Assembly (NCBI GenBank): GCA_038885755.1 | Contig: JAVZZH010000001.1 | Span: 231,432-263,431, forward strand | Length of the DNA stretch: 32,000 bases | Origin: Candidatus Caldarchaeum sp. | GTDB taxonomy: Archaea; Thermoproteota; Nitrososphaeria_A; Caldarchaeales; Caldarchaeaceae | Direction: 5' to 3' | Part shown: piece after piece, positions 30,545 through 32,000 of the stretch | How positions within the stretch are numbered: the stretch's first letter is position 1 | Layout: each line of letters opens with the position of its first letter | The notes under the pieces: generated by a model | Databases searched by the model: none | What the model was told of the DNA's origin: nothing | Seen by the model: only the letters and a program-made list of their open reading frames with translations | Program-made: the position numbers and the translations under genes

Positions 30545-32000
30545 GTGAGCGGGCTGGATCTTTTCTTCAACCCGGGTTCCGTGGCGGTGGCGGGGGTGTC
30601 GAGGGACGAGTCTAAGATAGGGCGTGTGATATATGAAAGGCTGCTGGAGAACAAGCGTTCCGGCCTCCTCAAAGCCGACCTCTACCCTGTCAGCGATTCG
30701 GGTGGAGAGGTCCGCGGCGCGAGGGTTTACCGTTCTCTCGACGAGATAGGGAGAGGGGTTGACTTGGTCGTCGTAGCCGTCCCAGCCGCCGCGGTTCCCG
30801 ATTTGATCTTGGACGCTGGAAGATGCGGGGCTAGGGCTGCGGTCTTGGTCAGCGGAGGGTTCTCGGAGGCGGGCAACCACGATCTAGACAGAAGGCTTAG
30901 AGAAGCCGTCGCCGTATCGGGGGTTAGAGTCATGGGCCCCAACACCGTCGGAGTCCTAGATCCTTACACGGGCGTGGAAACTTTCTTCACAAAGCCCGTC
31001 AAGCCTTTCTCAGACGGGAGGCAGGCCCGAACCATCACCTACCCTCCACGTGGAAGCGTGGCCGTCGTGTCCCAGAGCGGTGCTCTAGCCTACTTCATCA
31101 TAGACTCTCTCGGGGAGAGGAACGCCGGGCTCAGGGCGGCGGCCTGCGTCGGCAACCAAATCGACGTGAAAATCGCTGAGCTTGTCGGCTACTTTGCTGA
31201 GGACAGGCTGACCAAGGTCGTGGCCGTCTACGTGGAGGGGCTTGACGACGGGCGAGAGTTCCTCAACATGGTTTTGAGAGCTAGGAGGGCGGGAAAGCAA
31301 GTTGTGGTGCTTAAGGCCGGCAGGACGGCGGCGGGCGGTAGAGCCGCTTACACGCACACAGCCAGCATGGTGGGAGAATGGGACGTCTACTACGGGGCCT
31401 TCCGTCAAGCGGGAGCCATCGTAGTAGACAACGTAAGGGAGTTGGTCGACGTCGCCTTCACCGCGAGCATTCAGAGACCTCCGAAGAACAGGAAGGCTTT
31501 CGTGCTGTCGAACGCCGGAGGATTCTCGGTGATGGCCTCCGACTTCGCGGCGATGGGCGGGCTGGAGCTTCCACCTCTTCCGGATGATGTCGTCGAAAGG
31601 TTGGAGCATCTCAAGCAGTCCGGCATCCTGCCAGCCATAGTCGTGCCCAGCAACCCACTCGACCTGAGCGGAAGCGCCACCCCCCAAGCCTTCGAAGAAG
31701 CCTGCAAAGCCTTGTCCGGAGAATTCGGCATCCATCTCCTCATGCCCTTCCACCTGCCTCCAGCCATGGACGACACGGTCGTCGACAGGCTTTCGAACTT
31801 GGCTGCGGCGAGCGGGGCTACGGTGGTGGCCTGCGATGCAGGCGGGTCTGAGTGGGCTTTGAGGATACGACGAATGTTCGTGGAGAGGGGGGTGCCTGCG
31901 TTGAGCAGCGTCGAGGAGGCTGTAAGAGCCCTGTGTCTCTACGCCCAGGCTTACACACCTTCTAGGGCAGGTTTTCCATCATTCCGGATGAGGGAGGGTG
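30545..32000 (+). CDS. ADP-forming acetyl-CoA synthetase / acyl-CoA synthetase (NDP-forming), 3' end truncated by the window edge
   Basis: Not in the ORF track because it has no stop. My hand translation is open from GTG 30545 to 32000. It contains FFNPGSVAVAGVSRDESKIG (CoA-binding), VMGPNTVGV, VSQSGAL and the phospho-His context AAYTHTASMVG. Confidence 0.88.
   Translation, partial: MSGLDLFFNPGSVAVAGVSRDESKIGRVIYERLLENKRSGLLKADLYPVSDSGGEVRGARVYRSLDEIGRGVDLVVVAVPAAAVPDLILDAGRCGARAAVLVSGGFSEAGNHDLDRRLREAVAVSGVRVMGPNTVGVLDPYTGVETFFTKPVKPFSDGRQARTITYPPRGSVAVVSQSGALAYFIIDSLGERNAGLRAAACVGNQIDVKIAELVGYFAEDRLTKVVAVYVEGLDDGREFLNMVLRARRAGKQVVVLKAGRTAAGGRAAYTHTASMVGEWDVYYGAFRQAGAIVVDNVRELVDVAFTASIQRPPKNRKAFVLSNAGGFSVMASDFAAMGGLELPPLPDDVVERLEHLKQSGILPAIVVPSNPLDLSGSATPQAFEEACKALSGEFGIHLLMPFHLPPAMDDTVVDRLSNLAAASGATVVACDAGGSEWALRIRRMFVERGVPALSSVEEAVRALCLYAQAYTPSRAGFPSFRMREG

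Noticed and set aside
31085-31753. 222-aa minus-strand ORF, together with ORF 30467..30880
   Set aside because: They are antisense to the continuous, motif-rich acetyl-CoA synthetase (ADP-forming) reading frame. That frame is missing from the track only because it runs off the window end.
1-32000. CRISPR arrays, rRNA genes, large tandem repeats
   Set aside because: I noticed no regularly spaced repeat/spacer pattern, no rRNA-like conserved stretches and no long tandem repeats while reading both strands. The only periodicities are codon-level (Thr/Val stalks, Pro runs).

Overview
Densely coding archaeal chromosomal segment. The gene content and promoter style look TACK-type, most like an Aigarchaeota/Thaumarchaeota-related thermophile: TATA boxes sit about 26-29 nt upstream of many start codons (leaderless style), TTG/GTG starts are frequent, and many gene junctions are 4-nt overlaps. 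Most of the window is housekeeping and energy metabolism: heme-copper oxidase subunit I, NuoI/NuoH/NuoA, GlyRS, an HMG-CoA synthase/thiolase/DUF35 mevalonate module, Lrp, a HAD phosphatase, a CBS protein, an M1 aminopeptidase, a PQQ sugar dehydrogenase, class-2 PyrD, tRNA-Lys(UUU), a 2-oxoacid:ferredoxin oxidoreductase operon, and a divergent ADP-forming acetyl-CoA synthetase. The standout is at about 5.9-11.5 kb: a compact eukaryote-type ubiquitylation cassette. It consists of a translationally coupled operon (Ub-like precursor, UBC-fold E2, ThiF/UBA-type E1 and a small C4HC3 RING-type finger, followed by an unknown 103-aa gene) and a divergently transcribed Rpn11-like JAMM protease. Around it are uncharacterised genes that may extend the system. 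These are a membrane-anchored protein whose RING-type finger has cysteine/histidine spacing identical to the operon finger, two coiled-coil or helical proteins, and a palindromic element in the divergent promoter. From memory, the core cassette matches the one reported for Candidatus Caldiarchaeum subterraneum, so any novelty is more likely in the accessory genes. A second item of interest is a four-gene envelope operon (22989-27044). It encodes an HEFTH metalloprotease and a surface protein that share Thr-rich stalks, C-terminal TM anchors and polyproline/PPxY-like cytoplasmic tails. Smaller observations are a NuoI with a large insertion between its two Fe-S motifs, a candidate C/D box sRNA, and a gene-poor 1.1-kb region around the tRNA containing a 13-bp direct repeat. 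I saw no CRISPR array, transposase or integrase.
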